NCBI GenBank assembly: GCA_963811105.1
Contig: CAWEPZ010000011.1
Coordinates: 1,376,001 to 1,440,000 of the forward strand
DNA length: 64,000 nt
Origin: Candidatus Bathyarchaeota archaeon
Lineage (GTDB): Archaea; Thermoproteota; Bathyarchaeia; Bathyarchaeales; Bathycorpusculaceae
Direction: 5' to 3'
Shown here: piece after piece, positions 8,413 through 18,183 of the stretch
Position numbering within the stretch: position 1 is the stretch's first letter
Layout: the number at the start of each line of letters is the position of its first letter
Program-made: the position numbers and the translations under genes
The notes under the pieces: model-generated
Seen by the model: the letters and a program-made list of their open reading frames with translations, nothing else
The model's database searches: none
What the model was told of the DNA's origin: nothing

Positions 8413-10838
8413 GCGCAAAAGAGAAAGAACTGGTTTTATGGTTTGAAGATGTAAGAAATACTGATGTTCCTTTGGTTGGCGGCAAAAATGCCAGCCTTGG
8501 AGAAATGATTAATGCCGGTTTACCTGTTCCACCAGGTTTTGCCGTAACTGCTTATTCTTATGAAAAATATATTCAAGAAAAAAGTATAGCTGAAAAAATT
8601 TATAAAATAATTTCGGAAACAGTCACAGATCTAAATGACCCCAAGCAATATGATACAGCTTCTAAGAAAATCCGTGAATTAATCGAAAAGACTCCGATGC
8701 CCAAACAAATCGAAACTGCCGTAAGAACAGCTTACAAAGAACTTAACCAACGTCTTGAGCTAGAGGACACTTTTGTTGCGGTGCGTTCAAGTGCTACTGC
8801 AGAGGATTTGCCCGACGCATCTTTTGCAGGTCAACAAGAAACTTACCTGAACGTTAAAGGCGCCGACGACTTAATTGACAAAGTAAGAAAATGCTGGTCA
8901 AGCCTATTTACGCCACGAGCCATCTTTTATCGCAATGAAAAAGGCTTCCCACACGAGAAAGTCTTCATAAGTGTTGGCGTCCAAAAAATGGTTAATTCCG
9001 GATGCGCTGGAGTCATGTTTACCATAAACCCAGTTACCGGCAACCATGACGAAATTGTTATCGAAGGCAATTACGGCTTAGGAGAAACCGTAGTTTCAGG
9101 CGTTGTTAACCCTGACGACTTTGTTATTGATAAGATTACAAACACAATTAAGGAGAGAAGGATAGCTCGCAAAACAATAGAGTTCATCCGAGATCCCATC
9201 ACAGGTAAAACAGTGCACTTAGAAGTGCCAGCTGAAAAACAGAAGATAACCTGTATGGAAGACCGAGAACTCTTGACCCTTGCAGAACTTGCAAATCGGA
9301 TCGAAGCGCATTATCACAAACCCATGGATATCGAATGGGCAATTGACCAAGACCTATCATATCCACAGAACATGTTCATAGTTCAAGCTAGGCCAGAAAC
9401 GGTTTTTGGTACAAAAGCTATGGAAGCGCCTAAAATGGAAGAATCGAAACATGAACAATTAAAAGTAATTGTAAGAGGCATCTCTGCTGGACGAAGGGGC
9501 TACGGTATAGGAAAAGCGACAATTGTCCTCAACCCTGACGACGCACATAGAGATATGAAAAAGGGAGATATTCTTGTTACAGGAATGACTGATCCCGACT
9601 TTGTACCATTTATGAAAATGGCAAGTGCTATAGTTACTGACAAAGGCGGAATCACCTCTCACGCAGCAATCGTTAGCCGAGAACTTAACATTCCGTGCGT
9701 TGTTGGGACGGAAATAGGAACTCAGGTAATGAAAACGGGCCAAGATTACACTGTTGACTCAAGAAACGGCGTAATTTACGAAGGGATAATGGAGCAAGCT
9801 CTTCAACCAACAGCCGCCACAAACGGATCCGGTGCAGTAATGCAAATTGAAGATTCCGGTCCAGTAACAGGCACAAAAATTTATATGAATTTGGGAACGC
9901 CTGAGATGATTGAACAATACAAGAATCTGCCGTTTGAAGGCATCGGCTTAATGCGCACCGAATTCATCTTAGCTAGCGCAATAGGACAGCACCCAATGGC
10001 ATTTGTTGACGCAGGTCAAAGTCAACAGTTCGTTGACAAACTAGCTGAAGGCGTTGCAACCGTAGCACGCGCAATTCAGCCGAAACCAGTCGTTGTACGC
10101 TTAAGTGACTTCAAAACTAACGAGTACAGAGGCTTAAAAGGCGGAGAAAAATACGAAATAGTTGAAGAAAACCCCATGTTGGGTTGGAGAGGATGCAGCC
10201 GCTACATAAGCAAATGGTATATCCAAGCCTTCAGACTTGAATGCCAAGCCATAAAGAAATGCCGCACCGAATGGGGTCTTAAAAACGTTTACGTAATGCT
10301 TCCAATGGTTCGCACTCTTTGGGAAGCCAAGAAAGTTCTTGAAATAATGAAAGAAGAAGGCTTAGAGCGTAGTCGAGACTTCAAAGTTTGGTTTATGGCT
10401 GAAACACCGTCAATCGGAATAATGGCTGACGAATTCTCGAAGCTAGTTGATGGGTTCTCGATAGGATCAAACGACATGACTCAAGGCGTATTAATGATTG
10501 ATCGCGACTCTGAACGCTTAGGACAAATGGGATACTTCGACGAAAGAGACCCCGCAGTAAAAAGAATCATCGCCCACCTCATCAAAGCAGCACACGAAAA
10601 CGGATGTACAGTATCCATCTGCGGTGAAGGACCCTCAAATCTTCCAGACTTCGCAGAATTCCTCGTCCGAGTAGGAATCGACAGCATTTCGGTAAACAAC
10701 GACACCGTAATAACCACGAGAAAGAACGTTGCCGCTATAGAACAAAAAATAATTCTTGAACGCTTAGCTGAACAAGCAGCGATAATCCGCGGGCAACCAC
10801 TTAAAAAACCAACCCAAGACTGGGAATGGAACCCGTAA
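8409..10838 (+). CDS. ppsA: Phosphoenolpyruvate synthase
   Basis: VGGKNASLGEM, VRSSATAEDLPDASFAGQQ, GGITSHAAIVSRE phospho-His, EENPMLGWRG. Confidence 0.97.
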   Translation: MSAKEKELVLWFEDVRNTDVPLVGGKNASLGEMINAGLPVPPGFAVTAYSYEKYIQEKSIAEKIYKIISETVTDLNDPKQYDTASKKIRELIEKTPMPKQIETAVRTAYKELNQRLELEDTFVAVRSSATAEDLPDASFAGQQETYLNVKGADDLIDKVRKCWSSLFTPRAIFYRNEKGFPHEKVFISVGVQKMVNSGCAGVMFTINPVTGNHDEIVIEGNYGLGETVVSGVVNPDDFVIDKITNTIKERRIARKTIEFIRDPITGKTVHLEVPAEKQKITCMEDRELLTLAELANRIEAHYHKPMDIEWAIDQDLSYPQNMFIVQARPETVFGTKAMEAPKMEESKHEQLKVIVRGISAGRRGYGIGKATIVLNPDDAHRDMKKGDILVTGMTDPDFVPFMKMASAIVTDKGGITSHAAIVSRELNIPCVVGTEIGTQVMKTGQDYTVDSRNGVIYEGIMEQALQPTAATNGSGAVMQIEDSGPVTGTKIYMNLGTPEMIEQYKNLPFEGIGLMRTEFILASAIGQHPMAFVDAGQSQQFVDKLAEGVATVARAIQPKPVVVRLSDFKTNEYRGLKGGEKYEIVEENPMLGWRGCSRYISKWYIQAFRLECQAIKKCRTEWGLKNVYVMLPMVRTLWEAKKVLEIMKEEGLERSRDFKVWFMAETPSIGIMADEFSKLVDGFSIGSNDMTQGVLMIDRDSERLGQMGYFDERDPAVKRIIAHLIKAAHENGCTVSICGEGPSNLPDFAEFLVRVGIDSISVNNDTVITTRKNVAAIEQKIILERLAEQAAIIRGQPLKKPTQDWEWNP

Positions 10839-10966
10839 AACAAAGCTAACAATCAAGACAGCATCGTTATACAGAAGACTCATTAAAACTCCAATAGGTG
10901 ACTTTGCGTACCTCCAAATGAGAAAAAACAACAATAGAAGTTAAGAAAAGGAGAGAATGAGAAAAA

Positions 10967-11365
10967 ATGGCAGAACCATTTGAGCGAGATATACGCAACC
11001 ACCCTCTAGTTCGCACATTCCTTCATACTAATCAAGCTGACTTAGCCAACCCAGATCCAGATATTGAATTGATGAAACGAGTGTTTGCATGGATAAGTAA
11101 TGAAGGAGAATGCGTAACAGGGGAACCTTCAAAAAGGTTGGATGCTATTCAAGTTTTATCCAAAATAAGATTTTGGACAGAAAGGCATTTTTCGAATTTT
11201 ACCAATCTTTGCATTGAAACACGACGAGAATCCAAGAAAGTTGGAAAAGATTTGCGGAAAGATGAAGACAACATGAGTTCGTGGCACTCACGTTACAAGT
11301 TCCATTTTGGCCCTGTAGGCGCAGAGGGCGAGCGTGAAAAACGTGGGCCTCCAGATTCTTTCTAA
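10967..11365 (+). CDS. Hypothetical protein
   Basis: 132-aa ORF with upstream AGGAG; no recognisable motif. Confidence 0.6.
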   Translation: MAEPFERDIRNHPLVRTFLHTNQADLANPDPDIELMKRVFAWISNEGECVTGEPSKRLDAIQVLSKIRFWTERHFSNFTNLCIETRRESKKVGKDLRKDEDNMSSWHSRYKFHFGPVGAEGEREKRGPPDSF

Positions 11366-11457
11366 TCCTGTTCGCTATCTGCAATAAGTCGGGCAATTTT
11401 TTGCACGCTGTTCACTACTGTAGTAATCTTTTTCTTTGCTGACAAACATTATGTAAA

Positions 11458-12474
11458 ATGATGACGAGAGATTGTATGTTAAAGTTTGATTTTGAAGAAG
11501 AAAGAATAAAGCAAGAGATAACTAAATTTGGAGCCAAACGAGTATTACTGCAATTTCCCGAAGGGTTAAAACCTGAAGGACCTCGAATAGCCCAGATTGT
11601 TGAGGAGGCAGGTGCACTTCCAATAATTTCTGCTGATCCATGCTACGGTGCCTGCGACATAGCGGTGAATGAAGCCGAAAGTTTAGGCGTTGATTTGATA
11701 GTGCATTTTGGACATGCGAAACTTATGATTTCCAAGATTCCGACAATTTATGTTGAAGCACGATCAACAGTACCGGTTAAAGAGGCTGTCGAGAAAGCTT
11801 TACCGCTCCTGAGTAACTACATTAAAATCGGTTTAGCTACCACAGTGCAACATCTAGATACGCTAAAACAGGCAAGAACCATATTGCTAAAAGCTGGAAA
11901 AACAGTAATCATTGGTACTTGTGAACAAATGAGTTATCCAGGTCAAGTCACTGGCTGCAATTACGGCAACGTAAAATCTATCGCAGATCAAGTTGATGTT
12001 TTTCTTTTCATCGGCGGCGGAATGTTTCATGCCTTAGGTATTGCTTTAAGCACTTCAAAACCGACTTTTATAGCAGACCCCTATGATAATAGGGCTTTCT
12101 CAATTGATGATGAAGCCCAAAAAATCATTAAGCAACGTTGGGCATGCGTTCAAGAAGCGCTAAACGCCAAAACTTTAGGAGTTCTCATTGGTTCTAAACC
12201 AGGCCAAAAACACCTTGAGGAAGCATTAGTCATCAAAGAGATTGCGAAGCAACATGAGAAAACAGCTTATTTGTTGACTGTTAAAGAAATTATTCCTGAA
12301 ACTCTTTTGGAGTTTCCATCCATCGACGCATATGTCAATACAGCATGCCCCAGAATTTCTCTGGAAGCTCCACAAAAGTTTTCAAAGCCTATTCTAACTA
12401 TTAACGAGTTTATGGTAGCTATTGGCGAATACTCATGGGAGAACATGCTCAAAAAAGGATTATTCGAAAACTAG
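11458..12474 (+). CDS. dph2: Diphthamide biosynthesis enzyme Dph2
   Basis: LQFPEGLK, PCYGACD, HFGH, GQVTGC, TACPRI (three cluster cysteines); start may be 11476. Confidence 0.96.
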   Translation: MMTRDCMLKFDFEEERIKQEITKFGAKRVLLQFPEGLKPEGPRIAQIVEEAGALPIISADPCYGACDIAVNEAESLGVDLIVHFGHAKLMISKIPTIYVEARSTVPVKEAVEKALPLLSNYIKIGLATTVQHLDTLKQARTILLKAGKTVIIGTCEQMSYPGQVTGCNYGNVKSIADQVDVFLFIGGGMFHALGIALSTSKPTFIADPYDNRAFSIDDEAQKIIKQRWACVQEALNAKTLGVLIGSKPGQKHLEEALVIKEIAKQHEKTAYLLTVKEIIPETLLEFPSIDAYVNTACPRISLEAPQKFSKPILTINEFMVAIGEYSWENMLKKGLFEN

Positions 12475-13139
12475 ATTTAGAGCTGCTTATCTCAAAAATT
12501 TGTCCCCAGCCTTCTCCTCAGGCACAACTTGAACAGTACACTCTCTCCCCGTCAATTGCCGCCACCATGTTGTATATAGCTGCTTATTCCAATAACAACA
12601 TTGTTGGCAAAACAGTTTTAGATTTAGGTTGTGGAACAGGTAGGCTGGCTTTAGGTGCCTCTTATCTTGGTGCCAAAGAAGTTGTAGCAGTTGACGTTGA
12701 TAGATTAGCTATTAAAACCGCGGTTGAAAACTCATCGAAACTGGGTTTGACAAAAAACATTCAATGGGTAATCAGTGACATTAATGCTGTCGCGGGCAAA
12801 TTTGATACTGTTCTGCAGAATCCGCCATTTGGAGTCCAGACACGTGAAGCTGACAGAGCTTTTTTAGTCAAAGCCTTGGAAGTAGGCAACTCCATTTACT
12901 CTATTCATAATCATCCCGAAGTCGATAGGCAATTAATCAAGCAGCTTAAAGCGAACCGTGATTTTTTGCAGGTGTTGCCTTCTCCCTTTTTAGAGGGCCT
13001 CATCTCTCAACATCATGGCATCGTTAAGGCCGTCTACGCCATGCTCATGACTATTCCCAAAATATTCGATTTTCACACGAAACTTAAGCACGACTTTGTC
13101 ATCGATTTATATGTAATTAAGAAAGATGCAGGCAAATAG
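12435..13139 (+). CDS. METTL5-family N6-adenine methyltransferase
   Basis: LEQY, DLGCGTG, QNPPFG; dph2-METTL5-csl4 synteny. Confidence 0.9.
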   Translation: MGEHAQKRIIRKLDLELLISKICPQPSPQAQLEQYTLSPSIAATMLYIAAYSNNNIVGKTVLDLGCGTGRLALGASYLGAKEVVAVDVDRLAIKTAVENSSKLGLTKNIQWVISDINAVAGKFDTVLQNPPFGVQTREADRAFLVKALEVGNSIYSIHNHPEVDRQLIKQLKANRDFLQVLPSPFLEGLISQHHGIVKAVYAMLMTIPKIFDFHTKLKHDFVIDLYVIKKDAGK

Positions 13140-13266
13140 TTTCTCTGTGGTCTGTAGGTTCATTTTTGCATATTCAACAAAAGGTTTATTGATAGGATAG
13201 GAAAATAAGCATATGCATTTATCAATCTAGGCTATTTAGCTTATTTAAGACATAAAGTGAACTAAC

Positions 13267-13851
13267 ATGAGTCTAAAATCACCTGAACAAAAAAGTAGCG
13301 GCCATTTAGTTGTTCCTGGCGAACGCTTAGGTGTTATTGAAGAATTTATTCCAGACGCAGGAACATACGTTAAAGACGGCGTCATCTACTCGAAAATAAT
13401 CGGTCGAGAATTACTTGATTTACTTAACAAACGTGTTTCTGTTTACCCACTAGTTAACGGCGCAGTCGTTCCAAAGCTTTCAACCGTGGTAGTGGGTCAA
13501 ATAGGTAACGCTCAATCTGACAACGTTTTGGTTAAAATTTTTAGGATAGGAAACAAAAAGCTCTCTGGAGAATTCAGCGGTATATTGCACATATCCGATG
13601 TTTCAGACAGGTACATCGATTCAATGAATGATGTGTGCAAACCTGGCGATATTGTGAGAGCTAAAGTAATCAGTGAAAAAAACCGAATCTACCACCTATC
13701 AACCGACGACAATAACTTAGGAATATTGTATGCTTTCTGTTCCAGATGCGGGAATATGTTGGAAACTCAACGTTACGAAATGCATTGTCCAAAATGCGGT
13801 AATGCAGAAAAACGAAAAACCGCACCAGATTATGGAAAAGAACCAATTTAG
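13267..13851 (+). CDS. csl4: Exosome RNA-binding protein Csl4
   Basis: VVPGERLG, S1 domain, C-terminal CSRC..CPKC Zn ribbon, EKRK. Confidence 0.95.
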   Translation: MSLKSPEQKSSGHLVVPGERLGVIEEFIPDAGTYVKDGVIYSKIIGRELLDLLNKRVSVYPLVNGAVVPKLSTVVVGQIGNAQSDNVLVKIFRIGNKKLSGEFSGILHISDVSDRYIDSMNDVCKPGDIVRAKVISEKNRIYHLSTDDNNLGILYAFCSRCGNMLETQRYEMHCPKCGNAEKRKTAPDYGKEPI

Positions 13852-13870
13852 CCAAGAGGAGAAATAGCAA

Positions 13871-14152
13871 ATGAAAATTAATATCCAAAAAAAATCAGGT
13901 AACGAGCTTAAGATAGAAATTGAAGGCGCAACCCACGGAATCTGCAACTTAATGGCTAAGAGGCTTCTAGAGGACAAAACAGTAGAATTTGCAGGCTACG
14001 ATGTTCCACACCCTTTAGCGTCGAGCCCAATTATTTACGTCAGAATGAAGGGGGATGCTAAACCCGAAGATGCCTTACTTAAGGCTGTTGAAAAAATTAA
14101 GCAAACAAACAATGCCTTTAGTGAAGAACTAGAGCGTGCTCTAAAAGCTTAA
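13871..14152 (+). CDS. rpoL: RNA polymerase subunit Rpo11/L
   Basis: EGATHGICNL, FAGYDVPHPL. Confidence 0.95.
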   Translation: MKINIQKKSGNELKIEIEGATHGICNLMAKRLLEDKTVEFAGYDVPHPLASSPIIYVRMKGDAKPEDALLKAVEKIKQTNNAFSEELERALKA

Positions 14153-14233
14153 TCTATTATCTCTTAAGGTCCAATTCATTTTAGGTTCTTCAGTTAAATA
14201 AAGAATAAAATTTGTTAAGATTCACCTTAAAAG

Positions 14234-14845
14234 GTGAAACATGATTATACGTTTTCAGGGAAAACTTTGGAAGCTAACGACTTTCGAGTGATAAAATCTG
14301 AAATCCGCATACTCGGTGTAGACGACGGCAAATTTGTACCTCACAAGGAAGGTGTAGTAAATGTTGTCGGAGTCGTTTTCAGAGGCGGCTTATGGCTTGA
14401 CGGAGTAATGCACACTGCTATTGCAATTGATGGTTTTGATGCCACTGAACAAATAGCTTCCATGATTAACAGTTCGCCCCATTGTAAACAGTTGCGTATA
14501 GTAATGCTAAGCGGAATAACGTTCGGCGGCTTCAACATAGTAGACCTCAAAAAGCTTAATTCAGCAACTAAACTTCCAGTTATTGCTTTAACCCGTGACA
14601 AGCCGGATTTAGAAGCAGTACGCAAAGCACTTAGCAACTTGTCTAAACCTGGCGAGCGTTGGAATACGATTCTTGCAGCCGGAGACATCCATGAAGTCCT
14701 ATGCAGGGGCAAAAAGATTTACATGGAGTTGGCTGGGCTTTCTGAATCCGATGCGAGAGAAATTGTTGTTTTGGCTTCAACGAGGAGCAGTTTTCCTGAG
14801 CCTTTGCGGGTTGCCCATCTTATTGCGTCAGGCACCAGTCCATGA
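14234..14845 (+). CDS. DUF99 family protein (endonuclease V-like fold)
   Basis: ILGVDDG, DGFDAT, GITFGGFNIVD, PEPLRVAHLIA; true start may be TTG 14267. Confidence 0.9.
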   Translation: MKHDYTFSGKTLEANDFRVIKSEIRILGVDDGKFVPHKEGVVNVVGVVFRGGLWLDGVMHTAIAIDGFDATEQIASMINSSPHCKQLRIVMLSGITFGGFNIVDLKKLNSATKLPVIALTRDKPDLEAVRKALSNLSKPGERWNTILAAGDIHEVLCRGKKIYMELAGLSESDAREIVVLASTRSSFPEPLRVAHLIASGTSP

Positions 14846-14918
14846 TTCAGCTTGAATTAGAAAAAGTTTAAAAGATACAATGCTAAGGGAATCAAAACCG
14901 ATAATGAAGTGACGGTAT

Positions 14919-15275
14919 ATGGAATTCTGCCCTAAATGTGGATCTCGTCTAGAACCAAAGAAATCAAAGAGTGGTAAAGATGCTTCTTTAGTTCTTGCGT
15001 GCGCCAAATGTGGCTATAAGAAACCTGAAGCAGGCGGAAAAGGTGAACCTAAAGTGTCACCTAAAGTTATTCAGCATAGTCCACAACAATTTGTCGCCGT
15101 CATAGGCAAAGAAGAGCAGAAACTAAGCACGTTGCCAACCGTAAGGATTGAATGCCCCAGATGTGGAAACAACACAGCTTATGTGTGGCAAGTTCAAACA
15201 CGGGGGGCCGATGAATCTTCAACTCAATTTCTGCGCTGTACCAAATGCAATTACACATTCAGAGAGTACAGCTAG
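14919..15275 (+). CDS. tfs: Transcription factor S (TFS)
   Basis: Two Zn ribbons, QTRGADE acidic hairpin. Confidence 0.94.
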   Translation: MEFCPKCGSRLEPKKSKSGKDASLVLACAKCGYKKPEAGGKGEPKVSPKVIQHSPQQFVAVIGKEEQKLSTLPTVRIECPRCGNNTAYVWQVQTRGADESSTQFLRCTKCNYTFREYS

Positions 15276-15487
15276 ACGCAGTTTTCTAATTTTTAGCTCT
15301 GCTGTTTCTTAATAATTACTTTTTTAGTTTCGTTTTTAGTAAAAGAATTATCTTCGCTTCTTTGAAATAATTTTTTGCCAAGCGTTCAGTTTTTGGATTT
15401 GATTAGAACAATTTATTTATTAGCATAGAGAGTAATCATAAGCTATATAACTTTATAATAATATGCAATAGCAAGGAAGAAAATAAC

Positions 15488-16243
15488 ATGTTTAAGCTTA
15501 AAGTGTCTGACGCTAAACTCCTAAGAGACATGGCGACAGCCATATCAATCCTAGTTGACGAAGCCACATTCAAAATTGACTCTGAAGGCTTGAAACTACG
15601 AGCTATGGATCCATCACGTGTTGCCATGATCGATTTTGAATGGCCCAAAACCATTTTCCAAGAATACATATCCACAGAGCCAACAAAAATGTGCATAAAC
15701 ATCAGCGAACTGCTTAAACTCCTCAAACGTGCAGGCAGAGATGAGGCAGTCGAGCTATCACTCGATGACAAAACTGGGCGATTACAAGTAGCGATTACTG
15801 GAAAATACAGCCGAAACTTCACTATGCCAACTCTCGAAGCCTCAGAAGAAGAAGTTCCAACTCCAAAAATAACCTTCAACGTAAAAGCCAAAACCACAAC
15901 CCAAGGCCTAAGTCAAGCAATAGAAGATGCCCAACTAGTAAGCGATCATGTGCGAATTGAAGCGGAACCAGAAAAATTAACCCTCACTGCCTCAGGCGAT
16001 TTGATGGGTGCAACCATAACTCTGCAGAAAGGCAGCGATGCATTGCTTGACTTGGAAGTTAAAGAAAACGCTAAAGCAACATTTAGCTTAAGCTACCTCT
16101 CAGAAATCATAAAAGCGGCATCAGCAACATCAGACATTGCCACTCTTGAATTCTCAAGCGACATGCCCGTGAAAATAGACTTCCAACAGACAAAAGAGGG
16201 AAAGCTAACCTTCTTCCTGGCGCCAAGAATCGAAACAGAATAA
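15488..16243 (+). CDS. pcn: DNA sliding clamp PCNA
   Basis: RAMDPSRVAM, FFLAPRIE. Confidence 0.97.
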   Translation: MFKLKVSDAKLLRDMATAISILVDEATFKIDSEGLKLRAMDPSRVAMIDFEWPKTIFQEYISTEPTKMCINISELLKLLKRAGRDEAVELSLDDKTGRLQVAITGKYSRNFTMPTLEASEEEVPTPKITFNVKAKTTTQGLSQAIEDAQLVSDHVRIEAEPEKLTLTASGDLMGATITLQKGSDALLDLEVKENAKATFSLSYLSEIIKAASATSDIATLEFSSDMPVKIDFQQTKEGKLTFFLAPRIETE

Positions 16244-16244
16244 C

Positions 16245-17303
16245 GTGGCTAAATTGCAAATGGAATCGGCGGGATTCACGAACAACGATTTGGCGAAATA
16301 CCCCTTTTTAAAAGAAACCGCCGAATACATTAAGCCCTTAGACCTGCAAATAGACGATTTAACCACCATTGGCATGGATCAAATTCTAAAACGTGCCGAA
16401 GAAAGGGTTAACGAAGCAATAATAAACAGAGCCATCACTCGAAACATGAAAAATCCAGGTATTGAAATACCGTCTTTTCCTTATGCACTACTTATTGTGA
16501 TAGCCACTGAAAATTCTTTTATCAAGAAAAGGTACGCTTTAGCTGAAGCCAAACAAGCTTCCCGAGATTTAAATGATGAATCGGAGGAAAAAATCTTAAA
16601 AATAGCCAGAGATTTTGATTGGAAAATTAAGCTAACGGGTAGGGAAAGATGTGATTCACCTTTAGAGTTTACCATTAGCTTTAGCGATTATTTAAGGAAC
16701 GCATCCCATTTGCATGATAAGAAATGGAAACTAACAAATAGTATCCTGTCCCACGGCAGCATTTACTTAAACAAGAAAGATGTCGCTCGATTGTTGGAAG
16801 AGGAAATTCGCAGGCGAGTGGAAAAAAGACTTGACGTAAAGCTGCCAAAATATCCTCTCGAACTTTCTGCCATTGCTGGAAGAGTGAAAACGCTTGCTTC
16901 TGAAATAATTGGGCAAATGGAAAATGAGAAAATGCCAAAAGTCATCGTTCAAACGGCTTTTCCACCATGCATAAACGCGCTTTACGAAGCAGCATCAACC
17001 AGTCACCAACTTTCTCACATTGGACGCTTCACTTTAACATCTTTTCTAGTCAATATTGGAATGACAGCAGAAAACCTAAATGACCTGTTCAAAACTTTCT
17101 CAGATTATAATGAAAGATTAACCCGATACCAAATCGAACATATAGCTGGTGAACGAGGTTCTGGAACACACTACATTCCTCCTCAATGTTCAGTCTTGCA
17201 AACACATGGAGTATGCAAGAACAGAGACGATTTATGCCGACGAATCTATCATCCACTTGGATATTATAAACGCAAACAAAAGCTTGCTCAAAGACAAACA
17301 TGA
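16245..17303 (+). CDS. priL: DNA primase large subunit
   Basis: LAKYPFL, FPPCI, HIGRF, YQIEHIAG, PPQC..C..C Fe-S ligands, HPLGYY. Confidence 0.94.
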   Translation: MAKLQMESAGFTNNDLAKYPFLKETAEYIKPLDLQIDDLTTIGMDQILKRAEERVNEAIINRAITRNMKNPGIEIPSFPYALLIVIATENSFIKKRYALAEAKQASRDLNDESEEKILKIARDFDWKIKLTGRERCDSPLEFTISFSDYLRNASHLHDKKWKLTNSILSHGSIYLNKKDVARLLEEEIRRRVEKRLDVKLPKYPLELSAIAGRVKTLASEIIGQMENEKMPKVIVQTAFPPCINALYEAASTSHQLSHIGRFTLTSFLVNIGMTAENLNDLFKTFSDYNERLTRYQIEHIAGERGSGTHYIPPQCSVLQTHGVCKNRDDLCRRIYHPLGYYKRKQKLAQRQT

Positions 17304-17355
17304 TATTTGCCTAAGATTTATTAATTCACTGTGGTGTAAACTAAGCGAGAGTCCT

Positions 17356-18099
17356 ATGAATTACCACCTAATAGGAAGAGAATTGGGTGCTTCGGAAGTT
17401 GGGATTTTGCTTCCTACATATCGGGAAGCAGATAACATTTCAAAACTAATTGACGATATTGAGAACCTAAAATTAAACGCTTCAATTCTGGTTATTGACG
17501 ATTCAAGCCCAGACAAGACTGCGGAAATCGTACAAGAGAAACAAAACAAATACAACAACATCCTTCTTTGCATTAGACCTGGGAAAAGCGGTTTAGGCAC
17601 AGCCATAACAGATGGCTTCAAGTTTTTCTTGTCCCAAAAAAAACCTCCAAAATACATTATCACTATGGACGCAGATTACTCACATAACCCCCAAGAAATT
17701 CCACAGCTTCTATCGCGCATGAACGAGGGTGAATGTGCAATAGTAATCGGCAGCAGATACGTCAAAGGTGGCAAAATACAGGGTTGGCCTTTCACTAGAA
17801 AAATAATCAGCAGAACCGCCAACTCCATAGCTAAACTCTCGCTTGGCTTAAAGCTTAAAGACTGCACAAGCGGATTTCGCTGCTACTCAACAAAGTTTCT
17901 AAAAGCCACCATCAACAACCTTCACAGTCACACTTATGAAATTCAAATCGAAACAATAAGGCAAGCATCTTTAAGAAGTTTTATCGTAAAAGAAACCCCA
18001 GTATTTTTTGTCAACAGGAAACAAGGAAAATCCAAGCTCACAAGAACTGAAATCCGAAGTTTCATAACCTATACTTTAAAGGCAATCACGCGATCATGA
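17356..18099 (+). CDS. Polyprenol monophosphomannose synthase-like GT2 glycosyltransferase
   Basis: LPTYRE, IDDSSPDKT, TMDADYSH, GSRY, DCTSGFR; ATG 17356 preferred over the priL-overlapping start. Confidence 0.9.
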   Translation: MNYHLIGRELGASEVGILLPTYREADNISKLIDDIENLKLNASILVIDDSSPDKTAEIVQEKQNKYNNILLCIRPGKSGLGTAITDGFKFFLSQKKPPKYIITMDADYSHNPQEIPQLLSRMNEGECAIVIGSRYVKGGKIQGWPFTRKIISRTANSIAKLSLGLKLKDCTSGFRCYSTKFLKATINNLHSHTYEIQIETIRQASLRSFIVKETPVFFVNRKQGKSKLTRTEIRSFITYTLKAITRS

Positions 18100-18183
18100 T
18101 CCTTAGTTTTTCAAGCATTTCCGATCTATTTCCATAGACAATTAAATACCTCTTGCTCTATTTTTCGGTAGGACGATCCATAT

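Noticed and set aside
17149-17355. Long N-terminal extension of the GT2 ORF overlapping priL
   Set aside because: GT2 homology begins after ATG 17356; the extension is an incidental open frame
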